Of a DNA stretch of 64,000 bases, positions 60,646 to 64,000 are shown in pieces. Made by a program: the position numbers and the translations under genes. This DNA is from an uncultured virus (IMG/VR IMGVR_UViG_2645727852_000004) (Duplodnaviria; Heunggongvirae; Uroviricota; Caudoviricetes), in IMG/VR virus record IMGVR_UViG_2645727852_000004. The stretch is one strand, 5' to 3'. How positions within the stretch are numbered: the first letter of the stretch is position 1; every line of letters starts with the position of its first letter. The notes below the pieces were generated by a model, which saw nothing but the letters and a program-made list of their open reading frames with translations, did not search any database and had not been told where the DNA came from.

Positions 60646-63552
60646 ATGTCCGAGAAACGATTAGGCGCAAGGATCAGTCTTGCAGATCGCATGACCTCTC
60701 CCATGATGAAAATTGTTGGAATCATAACAAGAACACAAAGCGTTGCCCAAAAGTTAAATCAAAGCACGCAGAGAATGGGACAAACCATGAGTTCTGCCGC
60801 GAATCAGGCGGCAAGTGGAATGTCTCGTATGAGCACTGCGGCAAATACCACGGCCAATAGCGCTACAAAAGTCGGGAGTGCAGCAAGAAAAGCAGCTGAC
60901 GCCGCAGAACGTTCTGGAAGTGCCGCAGAAAAAGCAGCTCAAAAGTGGAAGAAGCTTGGCGAACAATACGGTACTACAAGCAAAAAAGCCACAATGATGA
61001 TGAGTAACCTTGACCATGCATCGGGTGCGCTCCAAAATACCGGAGCTGTAGGACTGGCAATGGGCGGAGGAATCGCATACGGAATGACCAATGCGGTCAA
61101 AACGGTTTCTCAGTTTGATGATTCTATGTCATCCGTAAGAGCGAAGACTGGGGCAACAGGTGAAGCGTTTGAATCTCTGCGAAATAAAGCACTTGAACTA
61201 GGACGAACCACAGTTTTTACAAGTTCGCAGTCGGCTGATGCAATGGACAAGCTCGCCATGGCTGGATGGTCAACAGATAAAATTCTGGCTGGAACGGGAC
61301 ATATGCTTAACTTAGCATCTGCCGGGGCGATGGATTTAGCTACAACAGCGGATATCGCATCCGATATCATGACAGCCTTTCAGATTGGGGCAGGTGAAGC
61401 CGGAAGAGTAGGGGATGTATTAGCGAAGGCCGCCACTTCTGCGAACACAAGTGTTGAACAGCTTGGATATACGATGAAATATACAGCTCCTATCGCTCAA
61501 ACATTTGGTATGTCGCTTGAAGAAACAACAGCGATTGGTGCTAAGATGGCCGATGCCGGTATCAAAAGTGAAATGGCTGGTACCGCCATGCGGGCTGGTC
61601 TTACACGCCTTGCTGCGCCGCCAAAACCAGCCGCAGATATGCTAGATCATCTAGGTATTCAAACGAATATCAAAGGGAAGATGCGACCCATATTTGACAT
61701 ATTGACTGATATTGAGGCTAAATTCAAAACAATGTCTCAAGCAGAACGGATAGATGCTGCGAAGGATCTGTTTGGTCAAGAAGCAATGAGTGGGTGGCTA
61801 TCCATTTTAACATCAGGAACCAATAATCTAAAGCAATATAATGAACAGTTGATGAATAGTGGTGGGGCATCCGCTGAAATGGCTCGTATTATGAATGATA
61901 ATATCGGCGGTGCATTCCGTGAACTCAATTCAGCGGTCGAAGGTGCAGTTATTTCAATAGGCGATCAATTGAAAGAACCTGTGCGGAAAGTTGCTGAGTT
62001 TCTAACTGCTTTAATTGGTAAGTTCAACTCTCTAGATCCGACAACGAAAAAGATTATTGCTTTTGTTACTGCAATAGTATCTGCATTTTTATTACTTGCA
62101 GGACCATTGATGATTTTATTGGCGTTGATACCTAGTATCGTAACTGGTTTTGGTCAAATTGCTAGTCTTTTCGGAATGACTGGGGCAGCTCTTCTAGGCA
62201 CAATCGCTCCTTTTCTCCTGGTTATCGGGGCAATTACAGCAGTCGGAATTGCATTCGTTATACTCTACAAAAAATCAGAAACGTTTCGTAATGGTGTAAA
62301 CAAGATCAAAGATACATTTGTCTCTGTGTTTCATTCCATTATGAATACGGTCAACAGAGGAAAAACGATTATCTCTGGTATTTTTGATTTGTTCAAAGGA
62401 GACAGCGGAGGAATAACTAAACTGATTGGAGCTGGAGTAGGCACGGAAATGATTGGCAAAATCACTTCCGTAGTAGCGAAAATCAAATCTGTATTTCAAA
62501 GTGTAGTTACATTCTTTGTCCAGGTATTCAATCGAATCGCCGGGTACTTCCAAAGTATATGGCCGTTAATTAAAAAACTTTTCAATGATATCCGAGCATT
62601 CGTCGCCTTTATTTGGCCTGCTATTGCTGGTTACATCTCAATTCAATGGGAGATTATAAAAAATGTAGTAATTGTAGCTGCTACGGCTATATGGAGCGTG
62701 ATTAAGACCGCATTTTTCACAGTGTGGGAAATAGTGAAAACAGTAATGCAATACATCTGGAACATAATCAATATTGTTTTCACTGTGATAGGCGGCATTG
62801 TAAAAGCCGGTCTTCAGGTTCTTACTGGAGACTTTAGTGGCGCTTGGGAAACGATTAAGCAAATGTCAGTTTCTGTGTTCGAACAAGTAAAAAAGACAAT
62901 TGCTGACTTTATAACAGGGGCTATCAATATCGGAAAAACGTTTCTACAGAATATAGCACAGGGCTTCTTAGACAACATGTCAACCGTGCTAGAAGCAGCT
63001 AAAAGTGTATGGGAAAGAATAAAAAGTGTCTTTACTGGTGAACAAATCAATGTTTCTCCTAATGTCCAATATAATCAACCGGCTGGACCGCCAATTCCAC
63101 CAGGATACCGCGCGTATGCGAGCGGGGGATTAATTGACCGCCCACACCTGGGTTTAGTAGGTGAAGCAGGACCAGAGATGATTGTACCGCTCTCAGCTTC
63201 ACGGCGTGGCCGTGGGCTTGAGTTATGGCAGCAGGCCGGGAAAATGCTGGGGGCTATTCCGTATGCGAATGGTGGCCTTGTTGGGGCGCGCAATGTTCCC
63301 GAACGTCAAAAACCTTCTAAACCACCATCAGGAATGAGAGGTGCGGGAGGAAAAGGAAATGGCGGCCGCGGTGCTGGTCCGATACAGAATATATTTCATA
63401 TTTCTATTACCGGCGATCAAGTTTCCGCTATGGGTGAAGATAAGGGATATATGCGAAAAGTTGCTAGGGAAATAGCAGAGGAATTACTGGAGGAACTTAT
63501 GGAGGCCGCTGACAATTACACAATCGATAACCTTGGGACGATGATGGAGTAA
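60646..63552 (+). CDS. Tape measure protein (TP901 family)
   Basis: LGRTTVFTS, AGTAMR, periodic W/F repeats, GEAGPE. Confidence 0.93.
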   Translation: MSEKRLGARISLADRMTSPMMKIVGIITRTQSVAQKLNQSTQRMGQTMSSAANQAASGMSRMSTAANTTANSATKVGSAARKAADAAERSGSAAEKAAQKWKKLGEQYGTTSKKATMMMSNLDHASGALQNTGAVGLAMGGGIAYGMTNAVKTVSQFDDSMSSVRAKTGATGEAFESLRNKALELGRTTVFTSSQSADAMDKLAMAGWSTDKILAGTGHMLNLASAGAMDLATTADIASDIMTAFQIGAGEAGRVGDVLAKAATSANTSVEQLGYTMKYTAPIAQTFGMSLEETTAIGAKMADAGIKSEMAGTAMRAGLTRLAAPPKPAADMLDHLGIQTNIKGKMRPIFDILTDIEAKFKTMSQAERIDAAKDLFGQEAMSGWLSILTSGTNNLKQYNEQLMNSGGASAEMARIMNDNIGGAFRELNSAVEGAVISIGDQLKEPVRKVAEFLTALIGKFNSLDPTTKKIIAFVTAIVSAFLLLAGPLMILLALIPSIVTGFGQIASLFGMTGAALLGTIAPFLLVIGAITAVGIAFVILYKKSETFRNGVNKIKDTFVSVFHSIMNTVNRGKTIISGIFDLFKGDSGGITKLIGAGVGTEMIGKITSVVAKIKSVFQSVVTFFVQVFNRIAGYFQSIWPLIKKLFNDIRAFVAFIWPAIAGYISIQWEIIKNVVIVAATAIWSVIKTAFFTVWEIVKTVMQYIWNIINIVFTVIGGIVKAGLQVLTGDFSGAWETIKQMSVSVFEQVKKTIADFITGAINIGKTFLQNIAQGFLDNMSTVLEAAKSVWERIKSVFTGEQINVSPNVQYNQPAGPPIPPGYRAYASGGLIDRPHLGLVGEAGPEMIVPLSASRRGRGLELWQQAGKMLGAIPYANGGLVGARNVPERQKPSKPPSGMRGAGGKGNGGRGAGPIQNIFHISITGDQVSAMGEDKGYMRKVAREIAEELLEELMEAADNYTIDNLGTMME

Positions 63553-63632
63553 ATACGTTAGATGTTGACTCGATGTTGCCAAAAGCGAGGTAAATTGCAA
63601 TACAGTGACATTGAGTCAACATCCTTAAATTT

Positions 63633-63962
63633 TTAATTTTTATTAGCTAAGGCACGAACCTTTACCAAGCGTTCTTTGAACTTATTAAGTTTCGGAATGC
63701 GATCCACTCTTTTGTGACAGACAATATTCTCGTAAACAAAGACAGCCCTCTCCAAGACCCGTATTTCGTCTTTAAATTGTTTTTGTTTACGATAGATAAT
63801 AGCTAATCTTTGGTATGGATGAGGCCCATCATATCCAACTTCGATGAGATGTTCATAAATTTCAATAGCCTTTTGCATATCACCAACCCTTTCAAGGGAA
63901 ATAGCTTCATTATCTTTTTGATAGCCATACGTTGTTAATTCAGCATCAAATACATTGCTCAT
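63633..63962 (-). CDS. TPR-like protein
   Basis: KAIEIYE...PYQRLAIIYRK...EIRVLERA. Confidence 0.7.
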   Translation of the reverse strand: MSNVFDAELTTYGYQKDNEAISLERVGDMQKAIEIYEHLIEVGYDGPHPYQRLAIIYRKQKQFKDEIRVLERAVFVYENIVCHKRVDRIPKLNKFKERLVKVRALANKN

Positions 63963-64000
63963 ATCTTCTCCTCCTTTCTGATTAACCTTGGAAGAAGTCG

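Larger units (their letters stand above)
9958..64000. mobile_element. Prophage with contractile tail inserted in sigK (element 3; right end outside window)
   Basis: Canonical integrase-immunity-replication-packaging-head-tail order starting where sigK homology ends. Confidence 0.9.

Noticed and set aside
1..64000. tRNA/rRNA genes and lysis genes
   Set aside because: None recognised by eye; the lysis module probably lies beyond the right edge.

Overview
Low-GC spore-forming Bacillales chromosome (Paenibacillaceae-like; host is inferred). The main result is that the sporulation sigma factor gene sigK appears broken into at least four pieces by three separate elements, each with its own large serine recombinase. 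Two short internal sigK fragments are visible at ~5703-5850 and 9868-9957; neither the 5' nor the 3' end of sigK is in the window. Element 1 runs from beyond the left edge to ~5702 and carries two tandem tyrosine recombinases, an XRE regulator, a small ORF and a serine recombinase. Element 2 is a complete ~4.0 kb mini-skin (5851-9869) with readable att sites, a DnaA-box cluster, a polysaccharide deacetylase and a SpoIVCA-like recombinase. Element 3 is a large contractile-tailed prophage (~9958 to beyond the right edge) with integrase, left cargo, immunity, replication, an overprinted two-frame DNA methyltransferase, IS630, a cargo array built on repeated late promoters, and head and tail genes up to the tape measure. 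Three N bases and several frameshifts point to assembly defects. All family calls come from motif recognition by eye; no database searches were run.
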